Origin: Octopus sinensis
Lineage: Eukaryota
Assembly: GCF_006345805.1 (NCBI RefSeq)
Contig: NC_043025.1
Coordinates: forward strand, 2,170,001 to 2,234,000
Reading direction: 5' to 3'
DNA: 64,000 bases
Shown: piece after piece, positions 25,271 to 39,443 of the stretch
Layout: each line of letters begins with the position of its first letter
How positions within the stretch are numbered: the first letter of the stretch is position 1
The notes under the pieces: model-generated
Database searches by the model: none
What the model was told of the DNA's origin: nothing
Seen by the model: only the letters and a program-made list of their open reading frames with translations
Translations under genes and position numbers: made by a program

Positions 25271-28200
25271 ATATATATGTGAGTGTCTGAATGTATATGT
25301 GAGTGTGTGAATGTATATGTGAGTGTGTGAATGTATATGTGAGTGTGTGAATGTATATGTGAGTGTGTGAATGTATATGTGAGTGTCTGAATGTATATGT
25401 GAGTGTGTGAATGTATATGTGAGTGTCTGAATGTATATGTGAGTGTCTGAATGTATATGTGAGTGTCTGAATGTATATGTGAGTGTCTGAATGTATATGT
25501 GAGTGTCTGAATGTATATGTGAGTGTGTGAATGTATATATGAGTGTGTGAATGTATATGTGAGTGTCTGAATGTATATGTGAGTGTCTGAATGTATATGT
25601 GAGTGTGTGAATGTATATGTGAGTGTCTGAATGTATATGTGAGTGTCTGAATGTATATGTGAGTGTCTGAATGTATATGAGAGTGTCTGAATGTATATGT
25701 GAGTGTCTGAATGTATATGTGAGTGTGTGAATGTATATGTGAGTGTCTGAATGTATATGTGAGTGTGTGAATGTATATGTGAGTGTGTGAATGTATATGT
25801 GAGTGTCTGAATGTATATGTGAGTGTCTGAATGTATATGTGAGTGCGTGAATGTATATGTGAGTGTCTGAATGTATATGTGAGTGTGTGAATGTATATGT
25901 GAGTGTGTGAATGTATATGTGAGAGTCTGAATGTATATGTGAGTGTCTGAATGTATATGTGAGTGTCTGAATGTATATGTGAGTGTCTGAATGTATATGT
26001 GAGTGTCTGAATGTATATGTGAGTGTCTGAATGTATATGTGAGTGTCTGAATGTATATGTGAGTGTCTGAATGTATATGTGAGTGTCTGAATGTATATAT
26101 GAGTGTCTGAATGTATATGTGAGTGTCTGAATGTATATGTGAGTGCCTGAATGTATATGTGAGTGTGTGAATGTATATGTGAGTGTCTGAATGTATATGT
26201 GAGTGTCTGAATGTATATGTGAGTGTCTGAATGTATATGTGAGTGTCTGAATGTATATGTGAGTGTCTGAATGTATATGTGAGTGTGTGAATGTATATGT
26301 GAGTGTCTGAATGTATATGTGAGTGTCTGAATGTATATGTGAGTGTCTGAATGTATATGTGAGTGTCTGAATGTATATGTGAGTGTGTGAATATATATGT
26401 GAGTGTCTGAATGTATATGTGAGTGTCTGAATGTATATGTGAGTGTCTGAATGTATATGTGAGTGTGAATGTATATGTGAGTGTGTGAATGTATATGTGA
26501 GTGTCTGAATGTATATGTGAGTGTGTGAATGTATATGTGAGTGTGTGAATGTATATGTGAGTGTCTGAATGTATATGTGAGTGTGTGAATGTATATGTGA
26601 GTGTCTGAATGTATATTTGAGTGTGTGAATGTATATGTGAGTGTCTGAATGTATATGTGAGTGTCTGAATGTATATGTGAGTGTGTGAATGTATATGTGA
26701 GTGTCTGAATGTATATGTGAGTGTCTGAATGTATATGTGAGTGTCTGAATGTATATGTGAGTGTCTGAATGTATATGTGAGTGTCTGAATGTATATGTGA
26801 GTGTGTGAATGTATATGTGAGTGTCTGAATGTATGTGTGAGTGTCTGAATGTATATGTGAGTGTCTGAATGTATATGTGAGTGTCTGAATGTATATGTGA
26901 GTGTGTGAATGTATATGTGAGTGTCTGAATGTATATGTGAGTGTCTGAATGTATATGTGAGTGTCTGAATGTATATGTGAGTGTCTGAATGTATATGTGA
27001 GTGTCTGAATGTATATGTGAGTGTGTGAATACATATGTGAGTGTCTGAATGTATATGTGAGTGTCTGAATGTATATGTGAGTGTCTGAATGTATATGTGA
27101 GTGTGTGAATGTATATGTGAGTGTGTGAATGTATATGTGAGTGTCTGAATGTATATGTGAGTGTGTGAATGTATATGTGAGTGTGTGAATGTATATGTGA
27201 GTGTCTGAATGTATATGTGAGTGTGTGAATGTATATGTGAGTGTCTGAATGTATATTTGAGTGTGTGAATGTATATGTGAGTGTCTGAATGTATATGTGA
27301 GTGTCTGAATGTATATGTGAGTGTGTGAATGTATATGTGAGTGTCTGAATGTATATGTGAGTGTCTGAATGTATATGTGAGTGTCTGAATGTATGTGTGA
27401 GTGTCTGAATGTATATGTGAGTGTCTGAATGTATATGTGAGTGTCTGAATGTATATGTGAGTGTCTGAATGTATATGTGAGTGTCTGAATGTATATGTGA
27501 GTGTCTGAACGTATATGTGAGTGTCTGAATGTGTATGTGAGTGTGTGAATGTATATGTGAGTGTCTGAATGTATATGTGAGGGTGTGAATGTATATGTGA
27601 GTGTCCGAATGTATATGTGAGTGTCTGAATGTATATGTGAGTGTCTGAATGTATATGTGAGTGTCTGAATGTATATGTGAGTGTCTGAATGTATATGTGA
27701 GTGTCTGAATGTATATGTGAGTGTCTGAATGTATATGTGAGTGTGTGAATGTATATGTGAGTGTCTGAATGTATATGTGAGTGTGTGAATGTATATGTGA
27801 GTGTCTGAATGTATATGTGAGTGTCTGAATGTATATGTGAGTGTCTGAATGTATATGTGAGTGTCTGAATGTATATGTGAGTGTCTGAATGTATATGTGA
27901 GTGTCTGAATGTATATGTGAGTGTGTGAATATATATGTGAGTGTCTGAATGTATATGTGAGTGTCTGAATGTATATGTGAGTGTGTGAATGTATATGTGA
28001 GTGTGTGAATGTATATGTGAGTGTGTGAATGTATATGTGAGTGTCTGAATGTATATGTGAGTGTGTGAATGTATATGTGAGTGTGTGAATGTATATGTGA
28101 GTGTCTGAATGTATATGTGAGTGTGTGAATGTATATGTGAGTGTCTGAATGTATATTTGAGTGTGTGAATGTATCTGTGAGTGTCTGAATGTATATGTGA

Positions 28201-31200
28201 GTGTCTGAATGTATAGTGAGTGTGTGAATGTATATGTGAGTGTCTGAATGTATATGTGAGTGTCTGAATGTATATGTGAGTGTCTGAATGTATATGTGAG
28301 TGTCTGAATGTATATGTGAGTGTCTGAATGTATATGTGAGTGTCTGAATGTATGTGTGAGTGTCTGAATGTATATGTGAGTGTCTGAATGTATATGTGAG
28401 TGTCTGAATGTATATGTGAGTGTGTGAATGTATATGTGAGTGTCTGAATGTATATGTGAGTGTCTGAATGTATATGTCAGTGTCTGAATGTATATGTGAG
28501 TGTCTGAATGTATATGTGAGTGTCTGAACTGAACGTATATGTGAGTGTCTGAATGTGTATGTGAGTGTGTGAATGTATATGTGAGTGTCTGAATGTATAT
28601 GTGAGGGTGTGAATGTATATGTGAGTGTCCGAATGTATATGTGAGTGTCTGAATGTATATGTGAGTGTCTGAATGTATATGTGAGTGTCTGAATGTATAT
28701 GTGAGTGTCTGAATGTATATGTGAGTGTCTGAATGTTATGTGAGTGTCTGAATGTATATGTGAGTGTGTGAATGTATATGTGAGTGTCTGAATGTATATG
28801 TGAGTGTGTGAATGTATATGTGAGTGTCTGAATGTATATTGAGTGTCTGAATGTATATGTGAGTGTCTGAATGTATATGTGAGTGTCTGATGTATATGTG
28901 AGTGTCTGAATGTATATGTGAGTGTCTGAATGTATATGTGAGTGTCTGAATGTATATGTGAGTCTGAATGTATATGTGAGTGTCTGAATGTATATGTGAG
29001 TGTCGGAATGTATATGTGAGTGTCCGAATGTATAGTGAGTGTCCGAATGTATATGTGAGTGTCTGAATGTATATGAGTGTGTGATGTATATTTGAGTGTC
29101 TGAATGTATATGTGAGTGTCTGAATGTATATTGAGTGTCTGAATGTATATGTGAGTGTCTGAATGTATATGTGAGTGTCTGAATGTATATGTGAATGTCT
29201 GAATGTATATGTGAGTGTCTGAATGTATATGTGAGTGTCGGAATGTATATGTGAGTGTCCGAATGTATATGTGAGTGTCCGAATGTATATGTGAGTGTCC
29301 GAATGTATATGTGAGTGTCTGAATGTATATGTGAGTGTCTGAATGTATATGTGAGTGTCTGAATGTATATGTGAGTGTCTGAATGTATATGTGAGTGTCT
29401 GAATGTATATGTGAGTGTCTGAATGTATGTGTGAGTGTCTGAATGTATATGTGAGTGTCGAATGTATATGTGAGAGTCTGAATGTATATGTGAGTGTGTG
29501 AATGTTATGTGAGTGTCTGAATGTATATGTGAGTGTCTGAATGTATATGTGAGTGTCTGAATGTATATGTGAGTGTCTGAATGTATATGTGAGTGTCTGA
29601 ATGTATATGTGAGTGTCTGAATGTATATGTGAGTGTCTGAATGTATATGTGTGTGTGAATACATATGTGAGTGTCTGAATGTATATGTGAGTGTCTGAAT
29701 GTATATGTGAGTGTCTGAATGTATATGTGAGTGTCTGAATGTATATGTGAGTGTCTGAATGTGTATGTGAGTGTGTGAATGTATATGTGAGTGTCTGAAT
29801 GTATATGTGAGGGTGTGAATGTATATGTGAGTGTCGAATGTATATGTGAGTGTCTGAATGTATATGTGAGTGTCTGAATGTATATGTGAGTGTCTGAATG
29901 TATATGTGAGTGTCTGAATGTATATGTGAGTGTCTGATGTATATGTGAGTGTCCGAATGTATATGTGAGTGTCTGAATGTATATGTGAGTGTGTGAATGT
30001 ATATGTGAGTGTCTGAATGTATATGTGAGTGTCTGAATGTATATGTGAGTGTCTGAATGTATATGTGAGTGTCTGAATGTATATGTGAGTGTCTGAATGT
30101 ATATGTGAGTGTCTGAATGTATATGTGAGTGTCTGAATGTATATGTGAGTGTCTGAATGTATAGTGAGTGTCTGAATGTATGTGTGAGTGTCTGAATGTA
30201 TATGTGAGTGTGCGAATGTATATGTGAGTGTCTGAATGTATTGTGAGTGTCTGAATGTATATGTGAGTGTCGGAATGTATATGTGAGTGTCCGAATGTAT
30301 ATGTGAGTGTCCGAATGTATATGTGAGTGTCCGAATGTATATGTGAGTGTCTGAATGTATAGTGAGTGTCTGAATGTATATGTGAGTGTCTGAATGTATA
30401 TATGAGTGTCTGAATGTATATGTGAGTGTCTGAATGTATATGTGAGTGTCTGAATGTATGTGTGAGTGTCTGAATGTATATGTGAGTGTCTGAATGTATA
30501 TGTGAGTGCCTGAATGTATATGTGAGTGTGTGAATGTATATGTGAGTGTCTGAATGTATATGTGAGTGTCTGAATGTATATGTGAGTGTCTGAATGTATA
30601 GTGAGTGTCTGAATGTATATGGAGTGTCTGAATGTATATGTGAGTGTCTGAATGTATATGTGAGTGTCTGAATGTTATGTGAGTGTGTGAATACATATGT
30701 GAGTGTCTGAATGTATATGTGAGTGTCTGAATGTATATGTGAGTGTCTGAATGTATATGTGAGTGTCTGAATGTATATGTGAGTGTCTGAATGTGTATGT
30801 GAGTGTGTGAATGTATATGTGAGTGTCTGAATGTATATGTGAGTGTGTGAATGTATATATGAGTGTGTGAATGTATTGTGAGTGTCTGAATGTATATGTG
30901 AGTGTCTGAATGTATATGTGAGTGTCTGAATGTATATGTGAGTGTCTGAATGTATATGTGAGTGTCTGAATGTATATGTGAGTGTCTGAATGTATATGTG
31001 AGTGTCTGAATGTATATGTGAGTGTGTGAATGTATATGTGAGTGTCTGAATGTATATGTGAGTGTCTGAATGTATATGTGAGTGTCTGAATGTATATGTG
31101 AGTGTCTGAATGTATGTGTGAGTGTCTGAATGTATATGTGAGTGTCTGAATGTATATGTGAGTGTCTGAATGTATATGTGAGTGTCTGAATGTATATGTG

Positions 31201-31360
31201 AGTGTCTGAATGTATATGTGAGTGTGTGAATGTATATGTGAGTGTCTGAATGTATATGTGAGTGTCTGAATGTATATGTGAGTGTCTGAATGTATATGTG
31301 AGTGTCTGAATGTATATGTGAGTGTCTGAATGTATATGTGAATGTCTGAATGTATATGTG
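25271..31360 (+). repeat. 20-bp minisatellite (GAGTGTCTGAATGTATATGT)n, about 6.1 kb, about 300 units
   Basis: direct reading; main variant CT/GT at one position, more indels after about 28200. Confidence 0.98.
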
Positions 31361-32102
31361 ACCAAACAATTTGTATTCATATGTTTTGTCTTCTTTTCCT
31401 ACGGCTTGTTCTGTTCAGTTTTCTCACTGATTTCTTCTATTCATCTCCGACTTCATTCACTTCAGGTATATATTTCTGAAACAGAAACTTGTAGATGGAC
31501 AATTGAAAAATATTAATTCTTAGAAAATAATCATTTTTTTTTCTCTCTGTAAACAATACCAACTGCCAGCACTTGTAATGTCCATCAATTGCCCAGATAT
31601 TTTCACCCCGATGGTTTATTTATAAATATGTGATGTTTTCACATGTTCTTTCCTTTCTCTTCTTTTCGATTAATATTCTCTCTCTCATCATATTTGCGAG
31701 GAAGGCGTTTCAATGTGCGAGTGTTAGTGTAACCGTGGGTATGATCTATCATATTTTATGCACAAGTGTATCCGTGAATGTAAGTGGAAAACTGTATGTG
31801 TATACGTGTATATCTGACAGCATGCATCTGTGTTTTTCTTTTCTAACTTGTTATCTTCTTCGAAAGTCTGTTCTCAATCTCCAAATTATTTGTTGTTTTC
31901 TCTATTGCTACTTTCTCTGCTTTTATCCATCATCTTTTAAACATGTCTTCCCTTGTTTTCCATTCTCACATCTTTATCTTCTGTTGCTTCTGTCTCTTTG
32001 AATTATTATTATTATTATTATTATCATCATCAACATCATCATCATCATCATCCTTTTTTGTCGCAATCTGTCAGAATTTTCCATATGTATTTTCTACTAT
32101 AG

Positions 32103-32174
32103 ATCTCTTCACGTAAATAATATTACACATATTAAAAGAGGAACGTTCCAGAATCTTCCGAAGTTAAAGGAACT
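32103..32174 (+). CDS. LRR exon B2: SLHVNNITHIKRGTFQNLPKLKE(L)
   Basis: tatAG|ATCTCTTCAC...GGAACT|GTaagt; 72 nt, open frame. Confidence 0.92.
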
Positions 32175-32381
32175 GTAAGTTCGTTTCTCTTTGTTTCATA
32201 AAATTATTTTATGCATTCACTGTTCTCTCATTTCTTGTTCTCTCATTATATACTCTTCCTTGTGTATGAATATGAGTACAGCTGGAACTATATATGTTTA
32301 CATCAAAACATTTTAATACAAGTGTATCATGTATTTCATATGTATGTGAGTGTTGAAGTGTATATATATGTATATATCTAT

Positions 32382-32425
<44 letters not shown>

Positions 32426-32526
32426 ACACATGTATATATAGATATATTATATACATATATATATATATATAGATATATATATATATATATAGTGTATTAC
32501 ATATATACCTATATATACATGTGTTG

Positions 32527-32561
<35 letters not shown>

Positions 32562-33583
32562 ATAGATATATACATATATATACATATATATACACACCAT
32601 ATATATAATATGTATACACACCAGCACACACCCGTTCTTTGGAGGGTTTAAGTTGCTTTTGTGGTATTTTTTCACCAAATAATTGAACTACCGAGAAGGT
32701 TTATGTGTAGCATGGGAATCTGTTTCCGATTAAGCTAGGAACGGAAAATCAAATTGAAGGCTGGTTATTGTGGAGGTCGTTGCACATTTTATGATCATAG
32801 AACATATAAGTTTGCAAGTCATGTAAAGTAGAGCTACTGAAGTGTTTTGGGAGTAGATTACGGATAATGACTACAAAATATAGTTGTTTTACATGGAAGC
32901 GAAATTTCTTGTCAGAAACAGCCACATAAATGGTGCAAGGAAATTGAAGAAAAATGTTGAAACTTCCCCTCTGCAAGTTTATTTTTTTCAACAGCAAAGG
33001 GAGCTAACAAAAGCCCCTTTATTCTATCTTCCCACATAGCGTGCATATAAACTAACAGCGAATGCTGCATAAAGTTAAATTGGTATGGAGCTTCCTGAAA
33101 GATACGTATAGCTTTCGCTAGTGGAAGCAAAACTCTTATTTAAAGATTGATTTTGAGGGACGAACCATATGTGAGTGTTTAAAAAAGGCTAGAATGACAA
33201 TGCTAAACAGTATTTGAAACTGGACAGCAGTCGAAATATCATAATGGCTGGGTAAAGAAGCATCCTTAAAGTGAAACAACAGCATCAAAGGTAAAAAATA
33301 AGGAATCAACAATCAGAATAGTAACTCAGTAACTCAGAATAGGTAAAGGTAAGCTTGACAAAGTTTAATGCAGTTTCAATCCTTTCGCTATTATAAAAAG
33401 ATTAGTCACCAGCAGCTTAATAAGTTTATATAGCCGTGAAAAAAATCGATGATGCTTTTGCAGCAAAGCTGCAGCTCGCAACGATGACGTCATTTGAAGC
33501 GTTACTTGCCAGGAAAAATTCAACATTTTTGTTTAATTTTCAAACGTTTTCGATCTTAAAAGCAAAATTTCGCGTCGACTAAA

Positions 33584-33676
33584 ATGTGCATTATAGCCCT
33601 CCTCAAGTGCTGCATGTGCATTATAGCCCTCCTCAAGTGCTGCATGTGCATTATAGCCCTCCTCAAGTGCTGCATG
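33584..33676 (+). repeat. three tandem copies of a 30-bp unit inside an unclassified insertion (about 32630-34060)
   Basis: (atgtgcattatagccctcctcaagtgctgc)x3. Confidence 0.9.
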
Positions 33677-34061
33677 CAGATATAATATTTTTTTTCTAAA
33701 AAGGCTTACAATCTGATTAGAAAAAATTTAAAAGAAACTGAGGGCAAAAAGCACTCGTTTTTCACAAGGAAAAATCTTTGCTTAGTAGCCTGAATTTCGC
33801 GACAAAATGCATGATTATAAAGCACAACAGCCCAAAGTGTATGCCTTTCGGCGTTAGATGCCAATCGGGCCAATCTGGAGAGTCTTAGAGGCCCCTTGAA
33901 TCGATGAAAAATCACTCTTCTCACCATAGCAACCGCATCTTTCCAAAGAAATGAAGGAACACTTCTATGCTTCTGTCAATTTTCAGCTCGATCTGACCAC
34001 TGGTCTGGCCGCCATCGTCTGACGTAGCAAAATGTGCACACAATTTTGACCCAAAGCCTCT

Positions 34062-35362
34062 TTGGTCCACAGCTTCTTCCCTGACTCTACCTGGCTCGTT
34101 CCCCTGCTCCCGCCCACGTTACCGCACATGCCCTTACCTCTCCAACACCACCCTCCTCAACGGCACCCATCATCGACCCTATCGCATCATCGACTCCTTC
34201 ACCTGCACCTCCACCAATATAATCTATTGCATCTCCTGCTCTCTCTGCCATTCCCTGTACATCGGACAAACGGGACGACGCTTGGCTGACCGGTTCGCAG
34301 AACACCTCCGAAACATCCGCCTCGCCAATGACACTCCAGTCTCACGCCATTTCCGCTCCACAGGTCGCTCCTTGCAACACCTGTCTGTGTTCGGATTGTC
34401 CTTGCACAGAGGCCATCCGGATTCCCGCTTGCGCCGTGAACAGGGATTAATATTCTCTCTTCGCTCTTTTACGCCATTTGGGCTCAACTCTCCCCCATTT
34501 AATCTAACCTCCCCCCCCGACTTCTACTTCTCTTCAGTCCTTCATGTTTTCACCCCTACTCACTTTCCCTCCTCTTCCCTTCTTTCCCTTCTCCTCTTCT
34601 TCTTTCATCTTTATTCTTCCCTCTTCCCCTTCTCTCTTTCTCTTTACTCCCTCACTGCTCCTCCCCTCATCTCCCCCCTCCTCTCCCTCCCTCCTCCTCC
34701 TCTCTTCCCTCATCTCCTCTCTCCCTCCCCTCCCTCCCTCCTCTTCTCTTTTCTCTCCCCCTCTCACTCTCTCCACAACCCCCACTATACCCCAACCCCC
34801 AGCCGAACCCACACCCAACATGCGCTTTCCCTACTCTCGCCCCCCATCTCCCCACAACATCACACCACACTACACTACACCATACGACATTACACATCAC
34901 ATCACAACACACCGCCCACACACCCATCCCCACATCTTTACACCTACACATACATATCACAACACAACACCCACACACCCATCCCAATAAATCCACACCC
35001 ACACATACATACATACATACACACGTCCAGACCACCAGCCCTCTTTCACACGCACATACATACTCACTTATACACACACGCACCTTCGTGTTGGGGTGAG
35101 GTCACTTATCTCCCCTACTATCCCTCTATTGACTAACGTCTGACCTCTGACCTCTGACTTCTGCCTAAAGTCAGAACGCCGTAATGGACCGCTAGCTCCT
35201 ACACGCATTTTTTTCTCTCCTTGTTTCTTTTCTGTGTATCTTTCTGTCGAAGAGCGTAGGCTCGAAACGTAAAAGACGTTTTCTATTTCTATTCCTGAGC
35301 GCCATACTAATACCTTTGTTTGTTTGTACTCCACCTGCCTTCGTCTTTTGTTTATTTTCGTA
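34062..35362 (+). mobile_element. 5'-truncated Penelope-like element: Cys linker, GIY-YIG endonuclease and 3' pLTR
   Basis: frame of ORF 34282 extended upstream reads PGSFPCSRPRYRTCPY...FTCTSTNIIYCISCSLCHSLYIGQTGRRLADRFAEH...RLRREQGLIFSLRSFTPFGLN; hammerhead-like motif at 35239-35276. Confidence 0.88.
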
Positions 35363-36873
35363 AAGAGAAGGTAAAAAAGACGGAAAACAGAATTTAATAC
35401 GGGAATGAATATATATGAATATATATATGAATACATCTGACGGGAATATATATATGACTATATCCGTATTCATATGTCTTACCTCCACCTTCGCTATTCA
35501 TTCCCGTATTAAATTCTGTTTTCCCTCCTTTTTACCTCCTCTTCTTCCCAATTTGCCTATTCCTCTTCACTTCCTTCTTTCACTTTAGTTCATTTATCTA
35601 ATACAACCTGTATATGAAGGTGTGGTATATATAAATATTTATAATATAGTCACGTGTTTGCCCTCTCTAAACGTCACCAAATTACAGCACTTGAAACCTG
35701 CATCATTTTCTTCATATTTCTCCACTGCTGATCTATTTCTAGATACTTGAACTTTTCTTATGTTTCCGCCTCTCTGGCCGTTTCACTTTCAAATTGATAT
35801 CCTCTCTCGCCATACATGTGTGTGAATGTGTATGAATGTATGTGTAAGCAATGGGAAAAGCTGAACCCCATTTCCATACCTTGTGCTTAAATGAACGCGT
35901 GTTTCACTGTATGTGCCCATGTGTCTCTCTCACTAAGGCATCTCTGTTATTTTTCAATAATGTTTTCTTCCTCCAAAGCCCTTTCTCAATCTCCGAAAAA
36001 GTCGAATCCGTTTCTTAAATTACGTTTTCTATATTTTTAACTTGTATCGCATTTTTGTTTTCAGCATGCATGCATTCCTACAATTTTCTTCTTCTCCTTC
36101 TACTTCTTCTCCTTCTTCTTCTTCTTCATTTTCTTCCTCCTCTTCTTCTTCTTCTTCTTCATTTATCCTCCTCATCTTCTTCGTCTTCTTCTTCCTCTCT
36201 TCTTCTTCTTCTGCTTCTTCTCCTTCTTCGTCGTCTTCTGCTTCTTCTCCTTCGTCTTCTTCTTCTTCTTCTTCTTCTTCTTCTGCTTCTTCTCCTTCTT
36301 CTTCTTCTTCTTCTTCTTCGTCTTCTTCTTTTTCTTCTTCATTTTCTTTCTTCTTCTTCTTCTTCCTCGTCTTCTTCTTCTTCCTGTTCGTCTTCTTTAT
36401 CTTTTGGCATTTCTTTTTTCTTTCTTTTTCTTTTATTACTACATCTCTCCCTTCTTCATCCGCTCCATCTTCTACACGTCTCCTTTTCGTCTTATTCGTC
36501 TTCTTCTTGTTCTTCCTTTTCTTCGTTTTCTTCTTCTCCTCCTTCTTCTTCCTTCTCTCCTTTTTAATCTTCATCTTGTTTTTAATCTCCTTCTCTTCTG
36601 TTACTTCGTCTTCTTCTTGCTCTCTTCGTCTCCTTTTCCTTCTGTTTCCTCTACATTTTCCTTTTCTTTTTTCCTTCTTCCTTCTTCTTCCCCTTCTTTC
36701 GTTTCTCCATTTTCTTTTGCTATTGTTTTTCTTCTTGTTTTTCGTCTTTTTCCTCCCATCCTTCTTCTATATTATAATCTATGTTGTTATCGTTTGTTTT
36801 ATTCAAGACACTCATACAATATTTCATCACAAATATTCTCCATAAAAATTATTCTCGTTCTTTACTGCTACAG

Positions 36874-36945
36874 ATATGTTTACAGCAATAATATTTCGAG
36901 TATTGAACAAGGAAGCTTCCAGGGTCTTCCAAGACTAGAGATATT
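36874..36945 (+). CDS. LRR exon C2: YVYSNNISSIEQGSFQGLPRLEI(L)
   Basis: tacAG|ATATGTTTAC...GATATT|GTaagc; 72 nt, open frame. Confidence 0.92.
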
Positions 36946-37040
36946 GTAAGCTCCTTCACTTTTCTTGCAAAATATTATGAATTCTATTTTTATATAAATT
37001 TAGTGTACACTCCATTTCATTTCCTACGCTTTTTATCACT

Positions 37041-39443
37041 CTCATATTCGGTCACCCATATAAGTACTACTCGTATTCTGTCACCTATATAAGTACTACT
37101 CATATTCTGTCACCCATATAAGTGCTACTCATATTCGGTCACCCATACAAGTACTACTCATATTCTGTCACCCATACAAGTACTACTCATATTCGGTCAC
37201 CCATATAAGTACTACTCATATTCTGTCACCCATACAAGTACTACTCATATTCGGTCACCCATACAAGTACTACTCATATTCGGTCACCCATACAAGTACT
37301 ACTCATATTCTGTCACCCATACAAGTACTACTCATATTCTGTCACCCATACAAGTACTACTCATATTCGGTCACCCATACAAGTACTACTCATATTCGGT
37401 CACCCATATAAGTACTACTCATATTCTGTCACCCATACAAGTACTACTCATATTCTGTCACCCATACAAGTACTACTCATATTCGGTCACCCATACAAGT
37501 ACTACTCATATTCGGTCACCCATATAAGTACTACTCATATTCTGTCACCCATACAAGTACTACTCATATTCGGTCACCCATACAAGTACTACTCATATTC
37601 GGTCACCCATACAAGTACTACTCATATTCTGTCACCCATACAAGTACTACTCATATTCGGTCACCCATATAAGTACTACTCATATTCTGTCACCCATACA
37701 AGTACTACTCATATTCGGTCACCCATATAAGTACTACTCATATTCTGTCACCCATACAAGTACTACTCATATTCGGTCACCCATATAAGTACTACTCATA
37801 TTCGGTCACCCATATAAGTACTACTCATATTCTGTCACCCATACAAGTACTACTCATATTCTGTCACCCATACAAGTACTACTCATATTCGGTCACCCAT
37901 ATAAGTGCTACTCATTTACGGTCATCCATACAAGTACTACTCATATTCGGTCACCCATACAAGTACTACTCATATTCGGTCACCCATATAAGTACTACTC
38001 ATATTCTGTCACCCATACAAGTACTACTCATATTCTGTCACCCATACAAGTACTACTCATATTCTGTCACCCATATAAGTACTACTCATATTCGGTCACC
38101 CATACAAGTACTACTCATATTCTGTCACCCATACAAGTACTACTCATATTCTGTCACCCATATAAGTACTACTCATATTCTGTCACCCATATAAGTACTA
38201 CTCATATTCGGTCACCCATACAAGTACTACTCATATTCGGTCACCCATATAAGTACTACTCATATTCGGTCACCCATATAAGTGCTACTCATTTACGGTC
38301 ACCCATATAAGTACTACTCATATTCTGTCACCCATACAAGTACTACTCATATTCTGTCACCCATACAAGTACTACTCATATTCTGTCACCCATATAAGTA
38401 CTACTCATATTCGGTCACCCATATAAGTGCTACTCATTTACGGTCACCCATATAAGTACTACTCATATTCTGTCACCCATACAAGTACTACTCATATTCT
38501 GTCACCCATACAAGTACTACTCATATTCTGTCACCCATACAAGTGCTACTCATATTCGGTCACCCATATAAGTGCTACTCATTTACGGTCACCCATATAA
38601 GTACTACTCATATTCGGTCACCCATACAAGTACTACTCATATTCTGTCACCCATATAAGTGCTACTCATTTACGGTCACCCATACAAGTACTACTCATAT
38701 TCTGTCACCCATACAAGTGCTACTCATATTCGGTCACCCATATAAGTGCTACTCATTTACGGTCACCCATATAAGTACTACTCATATTCGGTCACCCATA
38801 CAAGTACTACTCATATTCGGTCACCCATATAAGTGCTACTCATTTACGGTCACCCATACAAGTACTACTCATATTCTGTCACCCATACAAGTGCTACTCA
38901 TTTACGGTCACCCATACAAGTACTACTCATATTCGGTCACCCATATAAGTACTACTCATATTCGGTCACCAATAAGTGCTACTCATTTACGGTCACCCAT
39001 AAAGTACTACTCATATTCTGTCACCCATACAAGTACTACTCATATTCTGTCACCCATACAAGTACTACTCATATTCTGTCACCCATACAAGTGCTACTCA
39101 TTTACGGTCACCCATACAAGTACTACTCATATTCGGTCACCCATATAAGTACTACTCATATTCGGTCACCCATATAAGTGCTACTCATTTACGGTCACCC
39201 ATATAAGTACTACTCATATTCTGTCACCCATACAAGTACTACTCATATTCTGTCACCCATACAAGTACTACTCATATTCTGTCACCCATACAAGTGCTAC
39301 TCATATTCGGTCACCCATATAAGTGCTACTCATTTACGGTCACCCATATAAGTACTACTCATATTCTGTCACCCATACAAGTACTACTCATATTCTGTCA
39401 CCCATACAAGTGCTACTCATTTACGGTCACCCATATAAGTACT
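37041..39443 (+). repeat. 29-bp minisatellite (CTCATATTC[T/G]GTCACCCATA[C/T]AAGTACTA)n, about 83 units
   Basis: direct reading, period 29; a subvariant GTGCTACTCATTTACGG becomes more frequent toward the 3' end. Confidence 0.97.

Noticed and set aside
25244-31380. 596-, 877- and 967-aa His/Thr/Ile-rich minus-strand ORFs
   Set aside because: They are translations of the 20-bp minisatellite, open in several frames, antisense in an intron, with no domain content.
32630-34060. Possible DNA transposon
   Set aside because: Clearly foreign to the paralogous introns, but I found no TIR pair or transposase motif, so it is left unclassified.
37041-39443. 29-bp repeat array as a CRISPR array, or its ORFs as a protein
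   Set aside because: Units are contiguous with no unique spacers, no cas genes are present, and the context is a eukaryotic intron.
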